A stretch of DNA of 59,762 bases, filler included. It is 3 parts of 3 records of this genome, joined end to end, with 100 filler letters (N's around TTAATTAATTAA, not from the genome) between each part and the next. Parts side by side here need not be neighbours in the genome. Positions count along the whole stretch, not along the records: positions 1 to 22,746 come from SRR31156797_7943; 2 more parts are not named here. One strand, 5' to 3'. Positions 9,891-20,952 of this stretch are shown piece by piece. Made by a program: the position numbers and the translations under genes. Position 1 is the first letter of the stretch, and each line of letters begins with the position of its first letter. The notes under the pieces are model-generated. The model ran no database searches. It was not told where the DNA came from and saw only the letters and a program-made list of their open reading frames with translations.

Positions 9891-10496
9891 ATGAACGGAT
9901 CTTTGTTCTCTTTTCGTTTAGTTATCCGCATATTAGCCTTACTTTTACTGGCGGGCATGCTGCTTATCACCGTCAAAAACAGCGTGGTTATCTCGAAAGG
10001 CAATGAGCAAATTCAAGCGAACCAACTCGAAACACTTACTAAGGTATTGATTACCCAAGCTTCTCTATCAGCCAGCACTGGCATTGCAGAGCAAGACCAA
10101 GAACGACTGCTTAACCTGACTAATCAACTAGCACAAGAACGGCTGGTTTTTGATGCGACTATCTATGATGCTGAAGGCGTGAAATTGGCATCCAGCGAGT
10201 CCGCGTTAAGTGTCCGAGAGGTGCTAGGGTTAGATACACCATTACAAACCGCAAGCATCGGCCGACAACAGCTCGTTGAGCCTGTCTTACTGGACGGAAA
10301 CATCATCGGATTTGTACGGGTGACTTTTGAAACCGGTAAAGTGACCGCAATATCCGATCATCACTACCGCAAGAGCGACCGCTACATGTACTTAATGGTG
10401 ATCATGAGTTTTGTGAGTGGTGTGCTGTTTAGCTTACTTCTTAAACGTAAGCCTAGAAGCAAAGGGGAAAACCTATTGCTGAAAAATGCCGAATAA
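9891..10496 (+). CDS. AhpA/YtjB (Smp) family membrane protein
   Basis: Divergent from serB; TM segments at both ends; motifs DATIYDAEG and RQQLVEP. Confidence 0.8.
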   Translation: MNGSLFSFRLVIRILALLLLAGMLLITVKNSVVISKGNEQIQANQLETLTKVLITQASLSASTGIAEQDQERLLNLTNQLAQERLVFDATIYDAEGVKLASSESALSVREVLGLDTPLQTASIGRQQLVEPVLLDGNIIGFVRVTFETGKVTAISDHHYRKSDRYMYLMVIMSFVSGVLFSLLLKRKPRSKGENLLLKNAE

Positions 10497-10610
10497 AAAT
10501 ACCAATAACAATCTCTAATCAAAGTGACCGTTATTGGTACTATAAACCTCTGCTATTGCCTTAACTCTTTTCAATTCCGAGCAAGGTGGACTTATTTTCA
10601 GGCTTTTGCG

Positions 10611-11738
10611 TTAACCGCGATGAATAGCATCATTGGCTTGTTTAAGTAGGTTTTGGCTCTCTTGCATAAACTGTTGAGAGTAGTCCCCAAACCACTGGCT
10701 GACTTGCTCAAAGTTTTCGACAAAACCGGCTTTATCTCTACTTTCAATCAGTTTAACCGCTTCACTGAAGCTATTTTGGAATCGTTGAATCATTTCGATG
10801 TTTTCATCTGAAGATAAGATGATATCACCGTACAGGTTTGGGTCCTGACCAAACAAACGCCCCACCATCGCTAACTCTAAGCGGTAAATAGGTGAACTTA
10901 ATTGCAGTAATTGCGCGATATTCGGTTTCACTTTCGATAGATGGTAACCGTAGGCAAATGAGGTAAAGTGACGCAGGGCCTGAATCAGAGTCATCCCGTG
11001 ATCATGCTCTTCAGCTTCAATATTGCACAAGCTTGCTCCCCAGATTGAGAACTGCTTTAGCAGCCAATCGTACTGATCTTTTGCTCGCCCATCACAATGA
11101 ACAATCACCTGCTTGGCTAGGCTTGGAACGTCTGGACCAAACATTGGGTGTAATCCCACGACCGGGCCTTTATGAACCGCTAACATCGCTTTCAACGGTT
11201 TCGATTTAATCGAGGTTAAATCACAAAGAATACAGTCTTCAGGCAGATTATTAAGCTTTTCAATCACACCGATGGTTTTGTGAATGGGCACTGTCACAAC
11301 AACCAGACCTGCATTCTCAAGCAGAGCGTCTGCTTTATCCCAATCCTGACTGCCGAGCACTTTTACATCATAGCCTGAGAGTTTAAACATACGTCCAAAC
11401 AGGCCGCCAAGCTGGCCGTTACCACCGATAATCACCACCGAGCGTAATTCAGGATTTAAACACTTAAACCCAGAATCTTTTTCGCTGGCATAAGACTCTC
11501 GCATGGTGCGGCGAAGAATATCTTCAATCAATTGCGGTGGTACACCTTTTCTCTCCGCTTCTTCGCGGCGAGAAGCAAGCATCGCAGCTTCTCGGTCAGG
11601 AGCATAAATAGGCAGACCATGTTGGCTTTTTACTTCACCTACCTTTTCAACCAGTTCAAGTCGGCGAGCAAGCAGCTCTACCATCTGTTTATCAACGGCA
11701 TCGATTTGGTCACGCAATTCATTCAGTTCAACAGCCAT
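10611..11738 (-). CDS. tyrA: Bifunctional chorismate mutase / prephenate dehydrogenase
   Basis: Motifs LRDQIDAVD, IIGGNGQLG, GLHPMFGP and QALRHF. Confidence 0.96.
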   Translation of the reverse strand: MAVELNELRDQIDAVDKQMVELLARRLELVEKVGEVKSQHGLPIYAPDREAAMLASRREEAERKGVPPQLIEDILRRTMRESYASEKDSGFKCLNPELRSVVIIGGNGQLGGLFGRMFKLSGYDVKVLGSQDWDKADALLENAGLVVVTVPIHKTIGVIEKLNNLPEDCILCDLTSIKSKPLKAMLAVHKGPVVGLHPMFGPDVPSLAKQVIVHCDGRAKDQYDWLLKQFSIWGASLCNIEAEEHDHGMTLIQALRHFTSFAYGYHLSKVKPNIAQLLQLSSPIYRLELAMVGRLFGQDPNLYGDIILSSDENIEMIQRFQNSFSEAVKLIESRDKAGFVENFEQVSQWFGDYSQQFMQESQNLLKQANDAIHRG

Positions 11739-11750
11739 GCTTTTTCCTTG

Positions 11751-12824
11751 TTATCCTTTCAGGCGATCTTGTAAAAACGGAATCAGTTCTTTATGAGCTT
11801 TACGTAATAATGCCTCAGTTGTGTCCCAATCGATACAGGCATCTGTAATTGATACGCCATATTGCATATCTTTGATCGGAAGATCAGAAGATTGGTTACC
11901 TGGGTTAATATGGCTTTCGATCATAAGACCAATAATAGAACGGTTACCTTCGCGAATCTGATGAATGGCATCTTCTGCAACTAACGGCTGACGACGGTAG
12001 TCTTTACGTGAGTTTGCATGGCTACAATCGATCATCAGTGACGCATCTAGACCCACTTTTGCTAGATCTTCTTCACACTCTGCGACAGAGACTGAATCGT
12101 AATTGGTTTGCTTACCACCACGAAGAATTACGTGACCATTCGCATTACCTTTAGTAGTAAGTAGTGCCACGTTACCTTCTCGGCTGATACCCATGAAACG
12201 GTGACTTGAAGAAGCGGCTTGCATCGCATTAATCGCTGTTGAAAGGCTACCATCAGTACCATTTTTAAAACCAATAGGCATTGAAAGGCCACTCGCCATT
12301 TCACGGTGAGTTTGAGATTCGGTCGTACGTGCGCCGATTGCCGCCCAACTAAAGGTGTCTGCCAAATATTGCGGGCTAATCGGGTCTAAAGCTTCCGTTG
12401 CCAGTGGAATATCCATCTCAGCTAAATCCACCAGCAATTGACGTCCAACATGCAGACCATGCTCTATATCGAAAGAACCATCCAAATGTGGGTCATTGAT
12501 TAAACCTTTCCAACCGACTGTTGTACGAGGTTTTTCAAAGTAAACACGCATTACGATATAGAGCTGATCACTGAGTTCTTCAGACAGCGCTTTAAGGCGT
12601 TTGGCGTACTCTTTGGCTGCTTCAACATCGTGAATAGAACATGGGCCACAAACCACTAATAAACGGTGGTCGCGTTTATGGATAATATCTGCGATAGTCT
12701 GACGAGATTCGCGAATAAAACGACGGCTATCGTCACTCAACGGTAATTTTTCTTTTAGAGCATCCGGAGTAATCAATATTTGTTCTTCAATAATATTGAT
12801 ATCACTTAATTCACTTTTCTTCAT
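11751..12824 (-). CDS. aroF: DAHP synthase (Tyr-sensitive type)
   Basis: Motifs GPCSIHD, YFEKPRTTVGWKG, IGARTTESQ and DCSHANS; operon with tyrA. Confidence 0.93.
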   Translation of the reverse strand: MKKSELSDINIIEEQILITPDALKEKLPLSDDSRRFIRESRQTIADIIHKRDHRLLVVCGPCSIHDVEAAKEYAKRLKALSEELSDQLYIVMRVYFEKPRTTVGWKGLINDPHLDGSFDIEHGLHVGRQLLVDLAEMDIPLATEALDPISPQYLADTFSWAAIGARTTESQTHREMASGLSMPIGFKNGTDGSLSTAINAMQAASSSHRFMGISREGNVALLTTKGNANGHVILRGGKQTNYDSVSVAECEEDLAKVGLDASLMIDCSHANSRKDYRRQPLVAEDAIHQIREGNRSIIGLMIESHINPGNQSSDLPIKDMQYGVSITDACIDWDTTEALLRKAHKELIPFLQDRLKG

Positions 12825-12833
12825 CTCGACACC

Positions 12834-12851
12834 TGTAATAATACTTTTACA
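12834..12851. promoter_or_regulatory. TyrR box (proximal) of aroF-tyrA
   Basis: TGTAATAATACTTTTACA versus consensus TGTAAA-N6-TTTACA. Confidence 0.75.
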
Positions 12852-12917
12852 CCAAACCGTACTGGGAAGTACTCACTGAATAGAACACAAGTTATCAGGC
12901 TCAAAAAAGAATTCAAG

Positions 12918-12957
12918 TGTAAATTTTAAAAAACACATGTGTAAATATAAATTTACA
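12918..12957. promoter_or_regulatory. TyrR double box (weak plus strong)
   Basis: TGTAAATTTTAAAAAACA at 12918-12935 and perfect TGTAAATATAAATTTACA at 12940-12957. Confidence 0.85.
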
Positions 12958-13100
12958 CAATGAAAATTGACAAGCTATTCATTGATTATTGTTTTTAGCA
13001 CGTGATTTCTTACTACAAACTCTCATAAAATACCCAAAGAGTTTGTTAATCTTTGCGCTCAACAAGCACTTACCGTCATTTTACATCTGCTGGATAGTTT

Positions 13101-14777
13101 ATGGATTTAGTCCTCTCCTTATTACAACAAATGTGTGTTTACTTAGTTTTGGCTTACATGCTAAGTAAGACTCCGCTGTTTTTACCTTTACTGAACATAT
13201 CCAACCGAATCGATCACAAGCTGAGCGTTTATGTGCTGTTCTCTCTGTTTTGTATCATGGGCACCTATTTCGGTTTACAGATCGATGATGCGATCGCCAA
13301 TACTCGCGCAATTGGGGCGGTTATGGGCGGGTTATTCGGTGGACCTATCGTTGGTTTTGCCGTCGGTTTCACTGGCGGTATACACAGATACACTTTAGGC
13401 GGGTTCACCGATGTTGCCTGTGCAATATCAACCACCGCAGAGGGCCTGATTGGTGGTTTGCTGCATATGTACTTACTTAAAAACAGCAAGGGGCGTTTAG
13501 TCTTCAGCCCTAGTATTGTATTTGCTGTCACCCTTTTTGCTGAAATCATTCAAATGTTGCTGATTCTTCTGGTCGCAAGACCTTTTGAAGAAGCCTATGC
13601 ACTCGTTTCAACTATCGCAGCTCCGATGATCATTGCCAACTCAGTTGGTGCGGCCTTGTTCATGAGTATTTTGCAAGACAGAAAAACCATCTTCGAGGAA
13701 TACTCAGCAACCTTTTCTCGCCGAGCACTGAATATTGCCGAACGCTCAGTGGGCATTTTGGCTCAAGGATTTAACCCGAAAAATGCCGACAAGATTGCCC
13801 GGATTGTTTATGAACTGACCAATGTCGGAGCGGTATCCATTACCGACCGGGAGAAAATCCTCGCATTTGTTGGTATTGGTGATGACCACCATAAACCCAA
13901 CACACCGATATCTTCGCAAAGTACGCTGGATGCGATTTCAGGAAATGCCATTATCTATTTGGATGGTAAAGAGCAGCCGTATCAATGTTCTTTGTCGCCA
14001 ACCTGTAAGCTCGGCTCAGCACTGATCATCCCTCTGCGAGCAGGAGACAGAGTCATCGGTACGATCAAGCTGTATGAACCTAAGCGTAAACTGTTTTCCA
14101 CCATAAACATGTCGATGGCTCAGGGGATTGCACAGCTGCTCTCCAGCCAGATTCTTTATGGCGAATACCAACAGAAGCAAATTTTACTTTCCCGCGCTGA
14201 AGTCAAACTGCTTCAGGCTCAGGTCAATCCACATTTTCTGTTTAATGCCCTAAATACCATAAGCGCGGTTATTCGTCGTGATCCAGCCAAAGCGCGCGAA
14301 CTGATTCAGCACTTATCACAGTTTTTCCGCAGTAACTTAAAACAGAATATTGAAACCGTGACATTGAAAGATGAGCTTGCCCACGTCAACGCATACTTAA
14401 CCATCGAAAAAGCGCGTTTCAGTGATCGTCTGGATGTCGAGATTGATATTGATGATTCCCTACTCGACCGCTATGTACCGACTTTCACCTTACAACCGTT
14501 AGTAGAAAATGCGGTTAAACATGGTACGTCAAACTTACTTGAAAAAGGGAAAGTCCGAGTTTATAGCAAACCCACCCTCCATGGTTCGCGAATTGTGGTG
14601 GAGGACAACGCAGGTAGCTACCAACCGCCAAGCGAAGACCATGACGGACTGGGAATGCAGATTGTGGAAAAGAGACTCACTAATACTTTTGGTGAAAAAT
14701 CTGCTTTAAAAATAGAAGTTGAACCCGGACAATACACCCGAATGAGCTTTATCATTCCCAATCAGGATATGGAGTAA
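13101..14777 (+). CDS. btsS: LytS-family sensor kinase (BtsS/YehU-like pyruvate sensor)
   Basis: 5TM-LytS N-terminus (ANTRAIG), GAF region, QVNPHFLFNALN and LQPLVENA. Confidence 0.88.
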   Translation: MDLVLSLLQQMCVYLVLAYMLSKTPLFLPLLNISNRIDHKLSVYVLFSLFCIMGTYFGLQIDDAIANTRAIGAVMGGLFGGPIVGFAVGFTGGIHRYTLGGFTDVACAISTTAEGLIGGLLHMYLLKNSKGRLVFSPSIVFAVTLFAEIIQMLLILLVARPFEEAYALVSTIAAPMIIANSVGAALFMSILQDRKTIFEEYSATFSRRALNIAERSVGILAQGFNPKNADKIARIVYELTNVGAVSITDREKILAFVGIGDDHHKPNTPISSQSTLDAISGNAIIYLDGKEQPYQCSLSPTCKLGSALIIPLRAGDRVIGTIKLYEPKRKLFSTINMSMAQGIAQLLSSQILYGEYQQKQILLSRAEVKLLQAQVNPHFLFNALNTISAVIRRDPAKARELIQHLSQFFRSNLKQNIETVTLKDELAHVNAYLTIEKARFSDRLDVEIDIDDSLLDRYVPTFTLQPLVENAVKHGTSNLLEKGKVRVYSKPTLHGSRIVVEDNAGSYQPPSEDHDGLGMQIVEKRLTNTFGEKSALKIEVEPGQYTRMSFIIPNQDME

Positions 14778-14786
14778 GGGAAAACA

Positions 14787-15503
14787 ATGCTGACAGCACT
14801 GGTTATTGATGACGAGCTTTTTGCCCGAGAAGAGCTTACAGATCTGCTTGAAGAGAGTGGCGAAATTGAAGTAATCGGTCAGGCGAACAACGCCATTGAA
14901 GGGTTAAAAAAGATCAATCAACTTAGACCTGAAGTCGTCTTTCTCGATATTCAAATGCCACAAATTACCGGCATTGAAATGTTAAGTATGCTTGATCCAG
15001 AGACCATGCCGAAAGTCGTTTTCGTTACCGCATACGACCAGTATGCATTACAAGCCTTTGAAGACAACGCATTTGATTACCTGCTTAAGCCTATCGACAT
15101 TGCGCGTTTAACTAAAACTATTCAACGCCTGCAACGCAGTAATCGTCAGGAAAAAGATTACTCCGTTCTCGCTCCTAACTCGCTGGATCAGGTACCGTGT
15201 ATCGGCCTCAACCGTATTGTTATCATCCCGACGGTCGATGTCGAATTTGCCTTTAGTGATATCAGCGGCGTACATGTTCAAACCAAAGAGCAGCGAGCCA
15301 CCAGCCAACTCACTCTCAAAGTATTGGAAGAGAAGACTCCGCTACTGCGATGCCATCGCCAATATTTGATCAACGTGAAAGCGATTAAAGAGATCAAACT
15401 GATTGAGAACGGTCTGGCTGAGATCATTACCCGCTCTGATCATAAAGTTCCCGTTAGCAGACGCTATCTGAAAGAACTGAAAGAGACTCTGGGTTTTCAT
15501 TAA
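14787..15503 (+). CDS. btsR: LytTR response regulator (BtsR/YehT-like)
   Basis: REC motifs FLDIQMP, VTAYD and DYLLKP; LytTR motifs RCHRQYL and VPVSRRY. Confidence 0.88.
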   Translation: MLTALVIDDELFAREELTDLLEESGEIEVIGQANNAIEGLKKINQLRPEVVFLDIQMPQITGIEMLSMLDPETMPKVVFVTAYDQYALQAFEDNAFDYLLKPIDIARLTKTIQRLQRSNRQEKDYSVLAPNSLDQVPCIGLNRIVIIPTVDVEFAFSDISGVHVQTKEQRATSQLTLKVLEEKTPLLRCHRQYLINVKAIKEIKLIENGLAEIITRSDHKVPVSRRYLKELKETLGFH

Positions 15504-15525
15504 AAAGGCTCTTTCGAGCCTTTCT
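15502..15525. terminator. Bidirectional terminator between btsR and nagZ
   Basis: AAAAAGGCTC-TTTC-GAGCCTTT hairpin. Confidence 0.7.
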
Positions 15526-15535
15526 GTCTGTTCAA

Positions 15536-16528
15536 TCAACCGTGTTGCTCTAACAATTTCGCCACCGCATTAACGGCATTTTTCCATTCAGCGGAAGATT
15601 GCAGTTGGCGATAAGTAAAATTCTGCTTCTTCAGCAAGTGGTTAGCTTCAGGTACGTCAATAATCTCTAGGGTATCTAACACCTCAACTGCAGCTTCTCG
15701 CTTGTTACACATCAAAATCATGTCACAACCCGCAGTTAATGCTTGTTGTGAACGCTCGGCTGGAGAGCCCATTATCGCCGCGCCTTCCATGCTCAAATCA
15801 TCAGAGAACACGATTCCCTTAAATCCCATCTCGCTGCGCAACACTTGTTTAAGCCAGTATGGAGAACCACTTGCTGGTTGAGCATCAAAATGGGGGTAAA
15901 TAACATGCGCCGGCATCATTGCATCTAAGATCCCGGCCTCAATTTGCGCTTTAAAGATCTTAATATCGTCACTGATTACTTCACGTTCGTCATACGGTGT
16001 TTCAAGGTGAGAATCAGCAATCACTGCGCCGTGTCCTGGGAAGTGTTTACCGGTTGTTGCCATCCCGACCGCTTTCATCCCTTGCATAAAAGCACTGCTA
16101 TGCTTCAATACTGTCTCGACATCATCCCCAAACGCACGATTACCTATCGCTTTACAGTCAAAGCCTTTATCAAGTACTGGAGCAAAGCTTAAATCCACGT
16201 CATGAGCGATAAGCTCGGCTGCCATCAACCACCCACCCTGTTTGGCCAAATCAATACCGTTGTCACTCTGAGCATAATACTGAGCGGCGGGAATTTTAGT
16301 GAAGCCTTCTCTAAAGCGTTGAACTCGTCCACCTTCTTGGTCAACACCGATGAGTATTGGACGCTTAGCCGCCTGACGAATCGCTTTGTTTAACGCCAAT
16401 AACTGCTGATTATCGTGGTAATTGCGAGCAAAGAGAATGACACCACCAACAGTAGGATGCTGCAAAATTTCGCGATCTTCCGCAGTCAATTCATAACCTT
16501 CAACATCAAGCCAAAGTGGACCCATCAT
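15536..16528 (-). CDS. nagZ: Beta-N-acetylhexosaminidase (GH3)
   Basis: Motifs [24 protein letters not shown] and SDDLSMEGA. Confidence 0.96.
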   Translation of the reverse strand: MMGPLWLDVEGYELTAEDREILQHPTVGGVILFARNYHDNQQLLALNKAIRQAAKRPILIGVDQEGGRVQRFREGFTKIPAAQYYAQSDNGIDLAKQGGWLMAAELIAHDVDLSFAPVLDKGFDCKAIGNRAFGDDVETVLKHSSAFMQGMKAVGMATTGKHFPGHGAVIADSHLETPYDEREVISDDIKIFKAQIEAGILDAMMPAHVIYPHFDAQPASGSPYWLKQVLRSEMGFKGIVFSDDLSMEGAAIMGSPAERSQQALTAGCDMILMCNKREAAVEVLDTLEIIDVPEANHLLKKQNFTYRQLQSSAEWKNAVNAVAKLLEQHG

Positions 16529-16623
16529 TTCTCCTAAATTTTATTTTTGTCTTTGCGGTGAGGTTATTCAGTTTATTTTTCAATTACAATGGGTTTGTTG
16601 AGATCTGACGATGGAATGACACA

Positions 16624-17736
16624 ATGAGTGAACGTGAACTTTATATAGGAATTATGTCGGGAACCAGCTTAGATGGTGTCGATACCGCGCTAGTGGCAAT
16701 GCAGGATAATAAAATCGAGTTACTTGACCACGACTTTTTCCCGTTCCCGCAAAGCTTAAAATCACGTGTACTCAACGTCTGTACTGGACAAGCCACCCAC
16801 CTGCCTGAAATTGGTGAACTTGACCATGAGTTAGGCCACCTGTTCGCTGATGCAGCTATCGCTCTGTTGAATAAATCTAACCTAAGCAAAGATCAAATCA
16901 CAGCGATTGGTAGCCACGGGCAAACCGTCTTCCACCAGCCCAACAGCGATAAGCCTTTCACGATGCAAATCGGCGATAGCAACATTATTGCGACAAAGAC
17001 CGGCATTACGACCATTGCCGATTTCAGGCGTAAAGATATGGCTTTAGGTGGTCAAGGCGCGCCATTAGTTCCCGCTTTTCACCACACCATCTTCGATGTG
17101 ACCGATTCAACCGTGGTTGTGCTTAACATTGGTGGTATTTCCAATATCTCAGTACTCAAACCGAATGGTGAAGTGATTGGTTATGATACTGGCCCTGGCA
17201 ACATGTTGATGGATGCATGGTGTCAGAAAAACCAAGGGGTTGGGTACGACAAAGACGCCGTATGGGCGTCTCAAGGGAAAGTGATTCCTGAGCTGCTAGA
17301 GCGCCTGTTACAAGAGCCTTACCTTACGCAAAAAGCGCCAAAGAGCACGGGTCGAGAACTGTTCAATATCGATTGGCTTGAACAACATTTGAAAGGCGCG
17401 CATTATGATAGTGCTGATGTTCAACGAACGCTTTGTGAATATACGGCGGTGACGATCTGCCAACAAATTGCTTTATTCTCTGTTGGAGGTAATCCAGAGA
17501 TACTGGTCTGCGGTGGTGGCGCGCAAAATCCATTATTAATGGCGCGTATTCAGTCAATCTTACCTGAATGGCAAGTTGCCCCGACCATCAATAAAGGGGT
17601 TGATAGTGACTATATGGAAGCGATGGCGTTCGCATGGTTAGCACAAAGACGTATACATCATTTACCAAGTAATTTACCCGCAGTAACAGGGGCTAGCCGG
17701 CTAGCAAGCCTTGGTGTCATGTATTTCCCTGACTAA
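16624..17736 (+). CDS. anmK: Anhydro-N-acetylmuramic acid kinase
   Basis: Motifs GIMSGTSLDGVD, GSHGQT, GGQGAPLVP, DTGPGN and EAMAFAWLA. Confidence 0.96.
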   Translation: MSERELYIGIMSGTSLDGVDTALVAMQDNKIELLDHDFFPFPQSLKSRVLNVCTGQATHLPEIGELDHELGHLFADAAIALLNKSNLSKDQITAIGSHGQTVFHQPNSDKPFTMQIGDSNIIATKTGITTIADFRRKDMALGGQGAPLVPAFHHTIFDVTDSTVVVLNIGGISNISVLKPNGEVIGYDTGPGNMLMDAWCQKNQGVGYDKDAVWASQGKVIPELLERLLQEPYLTQKAPKSTGRELFNIDWLEQHLKGAHYDSADVQRTLCEYTAVTICQQIALFSVGGNPEILVCGGGAQNPLLMARIQSILPEWQVAPTINKGVDSDYMEAMAFAWLAQRRIHHLPSNLPAVTGASRLASLGVMYFPD

Positions 17737-17792
17737 AGGTGGTTGATGTGAGTCCGGCTCTCAGAGCTATTTTATAAGGAATTAAAATAAGC

Positions 17793-18710
17793 ATGACTAA
17801 CGACGCGCTCATCTCCGCGCTTTCATACCTTGTATCTGAACAGCAAAATCCAGACACGATTGATCTGGATTTACTTCCCGCAAAAGAAATTCTTAAGCGC
17901 ATTAATCAGCAAGATCAAATGGTTCCACTTGCGGTTGAGAAAGTATTACCCCAAATCACTCAGTCGGTTGAGAAGATAACCTCTGCTTTTAAACGCGGCG
18001 GTCGCTTGATTTTTCTGGGAGCAGGAACCAGTGGACGACTTGGAGTCATAGAGGCGACTGAATGTCCACCGCTATTCGGCACCAGTGAGAAAATGATCGT
18101 CGGTGTCATTGCTGGTGGGCCACAAGCCATGTTTACGGCGCAAGAAGCTGCGGAAGACTCTCCAGTGCTAGGTGAAAGCGATCTCAAAGCCATTCATTTC
18201 TGTCGCAAAGATGTTCTGGTTGCCGTCGCCGCAAGTGGGCGAACTCCTTATGTGATCGGAGGCTTGGAATATGCCCATCAATTAGGAGCCAAAACCGTTG
18301 CGCTATCTTCTAACCCTGACTCCCCCATCGCAGAGCTGGCCGACATTTCTATCTGCCCACAGGTGGGGCCAGAAGCTTTATCAGGCCTGACTCGGTTAAA
18401 ATCAGGCACGGCGCAAAAGCTGATTCTCAATATGTTAACCACGGCGAGTATGATTCGCTTAGGAAGAAGCTATAAAAACTTAATGGTCGATGCTCAGCCC
18501 AACAACACTAAGTTTAAAGCCAGAGCAGTGAGGATCGTAATGGAAGCAACAGATTGCGATCAAATGACAGCGAAAAATCTACTCTCTCAAACGGACTATA
18601 ATGCGAAAGTGGCTATTCTTATGCACTTAACCGGAATAGACGCCGAGCAAGCCAAAGAAAAACTGTCAGATTCTGATGGCTTCTTACGCAAAGCCATCGC
18701 AGACCACTAA
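17793..18710 (+). CDS. murQ: N-acetylmuramic acid 6-phosphate etherase (divergent)
   Basis: SIS motifs [21 protein letters not shown] and KSGTAQK; next to anmK. Confidence 0.85.
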   Translation: MTNDALISALSYLVSEQQNPDTIDLDLLPAKEILKRINQQDQMVPLAVEKVLPQITQSVEKITSAFKRGGRLIFLGAGTSGRLGVIEATECPPLFGTSEKMIVGVIAGGPQAMFTAQEAAEDSPVLGESDLKAIHFCRKDVLVAVAASGRTPYVIGGLEYAHQLGAKTVALSSNPDSPIAELADISICPQVGPEALSGLTRLKSGTAQKLILNMLTTASMIRLGRSYKNLMVDAQPNNTKFKARAVRIVMEATDCDQMTAKNLLSQTDYNAKVAILMHLTGIDAEQAKEKLSDSDGFLRKAIADH

Positions 18711-20506
18711 ACCGCTTTATCTTGAGACTTTATCAGCGAAACTACGGTTTCTCCTGCTTTAGGCTCAAAGCTGTTTAAATCAGAACACATTTGTACCCGA
18801 GTGCGAGAATCCACCATAAACAAAGGCAAAATATAGCTGCCTTTGTGCTTTAACAAGTAATCCTCATAAGTGAAGCTATCACTGAGCTTAGTATGCTTAA
18901 TCTCAGCACCCTGATTAATCAAACTCGCCAATTTTTTATACGTTATCTCACCGCCCAAGAACGATAGCCCGTGATACTCCTGTGCCACTAAATGCTTGTC
19001 TTTAGTATTGCCATTAGCCTTGTCATGCAGACAAAAAACCCGTTTATCGCCGAAGTCTGATAAAAACTGCATACACGCCATGATATTGAAGTGCTTATCA
19101 GGAGTGAGCGCTAACACATGACCAATACCAATTAAATTCAAATACTCGTCAGCGTGACTAGAAATAGGGTTACCATAATAGTGCTCAAGCCCTACCATGC
19201 GTGCCTGACGAATGTAATCCCAGTTAGAATCGCTCAATACTACCCGGCAATCATACTTCGCTATCGCTTGTGCTACCTCTCGGGCGACATCATTCGCACC
19301 AATAATGAGGAAACCTTTGGGTGCTGGCTCTGCCACTTTGAGCGCCAGAGCGACAGGTCGTGCGGTTGCGCTTTGTAAAACCACAGTGCCAATAATGATC
19401 ATAAAAGTAAGGGGAACCAGAAGTTCCGCCTCTTCCATACCAAAGGCACTCAGTTTAATCGCGAATAGGGATGATATTGATGCTGCAACAATACCTCGAG
19501 GCGCAACCCAAGCCAGAAAGAGTTTTTCCTTGAATACTAGGCTACTGCGTAAAGTGGACAAAAAGATAGAAACAGGGCGAGAGATCAACTGCATGACCAC
19601 GAACAGTATTAATGCACTGGCACCTAAGGTTGAGAAATCTTCCAACCGGATGCGAGCAGCCAATAGAATGAATAAGCCCGTAATAAGCAGTAACGTTAAG
19701 TGCTCTTTAAAATGCAAAATATGACGAATATTAACTTCTTTGGCATTGGCCAACCACATCCCCATCACTGTAACTGTCAATAATCCCGATTCGGATTCAA
19801 TGGTATTGGAAAGGGCAAATACTCCCAGAACAACGCTCAAAACAGCGAAGGGTTGAAGATATTCAGGAATTAGGGATTTACGTAAAAAATAAGCGACAGA
19901 GACACCGGAAGCAACACCAAACCCTAATCCGACAGAGATAATCAGCGCAAAAACTTGTAGGCTATGAGCTTCACTACTGGAGACAATGAACTCATAAACC
20001 ATCACCACAAACAGTGCACCAAGCGGATCAATCAGAATACCTTCCCAGCGCAACACGTTGGAAAGCTTAGTATTAGGCCGAACAGTTCTAAGCAAAGGGA
20101 CAATAACGGTCGGCCCTGTGACAACCGTTAAGCTGCCAAAAAGCAGTGCTAACGGCCAATCAAAATGAAGTAGCCAGTGTGCAGCAGCAGATGTGATTCC
20201 CCAAGAGATCAACGCCCCAATGGAAACAATACTCCACACCGAATTGCTCACCCCCTTAATTTCTTTGAAATTAAGAGTTAAGCTCCCCTCGAAGAGTATC
20301 ACCGCAACCGCCAGTGAAATAAGAGGGAAGAGTAGATCACCCAGTAGCACTTGCGGATCTAAAATACCCGTGACAGGGCCAACAACGATGCCAACCAACA
20401 ATAGAAATAGAATGGCTGGTAAGCGAAGACGCCAAGCTAGCCATTGACATAGCAAGCCAATCACCCCAACCGCTGCAAACGTTAACGCAATCGACTCGTC
20501 ATGCAT
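18707..20506 (-). CDS. CPA1/NhaP-type cation:proton antiporter with C-terminal RCK-like domain
   Basis: Many TM segments; motifs [14 protein letters not shown] and [10 protein letters not shown]-terminal LIIGAN. Confidence 0.88.
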   Translation of the reverse strand: MHDESIALTFAAVGVIGLLCQWLAWRLRLPAILFLLLVGIVVGPVTGILDPQVLLGDLLFPLISLAVAVILFEGSLTLNFKEIKGVSNSVWSIVSIGALISWGITSAAAHWLLHFDWPLALLFGSLTVVTGPTVIVPLLRTVRPNTKLSNVLRWEGILIDPLGALFVVMVYEFIVSSSEAHSLQVFALIISVGLGFGVASGVSVAYFLRKSLIPEYLQPFAVLSVVLGVFALSNTIESESGLLTVTVMGMWLANAKEVNIRHILHFKEHLTLLLITGLFILLAARIRLEDFSTLGASALILFVVMQLISRPVSIFLSTLRSSLVFKEKLFLAWVAPRGIVAASISSLFAIKLSAFGMEEAELLVPLTFMIIIGTVVLQSATARPVALALKVAEPAPKGFLIIGANDVAREVAQAIAKYDCRVVLSDSNWDYIRQARMVGLEHYYGNPISSHADEYLNLIGIGHVLALTPDKHFNIMACMQFLSDFGDKRVFCLHDKANGNTKDKHLVAQEYHGLSFLGGEITYKKLASLINQGAEIKHTKLSDSFTYEDYLLKHKGSYILPLFMVDSRTRVQMCSDLNSFEPKAGETVVSLIKSQDKAV

Positions 20507-20573
20507 TTCATCGCCTCGTATTCTATTTCACTATAAAAATGGTATAACCGCGTTCAAGCAATCCTAACAAAGA

Positions 20574-20915
20574 TTATTTGCTGTACTCGCTCCAACCTCG
20601 TTGCCACTCCATACGAAACTTCAGCGCATGCTCGGTGCCTTCACAAACACCTTCGTAATACTGGCCACTGACGCCGATTTGGTAAGCGAAGTTAGGGTTA
20701 CAGTATTCTAAAATTCCCACCGAATAACCACTTTCATAATCGGCTTCCTGTACATCTCCCAATTCAGACAGTGTTTTATAAGAGCGTTGAGTATGGCCTA
20801 TCACGCCATCCTGATAACCAATCTGGTACCAGTCGCCACTTTTAGCGAGTTCACTGTCACTGGCAGCGCATCCCATAAGACTCAATGTAACGATGACTGA
20901 CGTTAATTTTTTCAT
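20574..20915 (-). CDS. DUF2799-like lipoprotein
   Basis: Lipobox LMGC; motifs WYQIGYQDG, YC and YEGVC. Confidence 0.75.
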   Translation of the reverse strand: MKKLTSVIVTLSLMGCAASDSELAKSGDWYQIGYQDGVIGHTQRSYKTLSELGDVQEADYESGYSVGILEYCNPNFAYQIGVSGQYYEGVCEGTEHALKFRMEWQRGWSEYSK

Positions 20916-20952
20916 TATTTTCCTTTAACTTATCGGTTTACTATTAAGGTAT

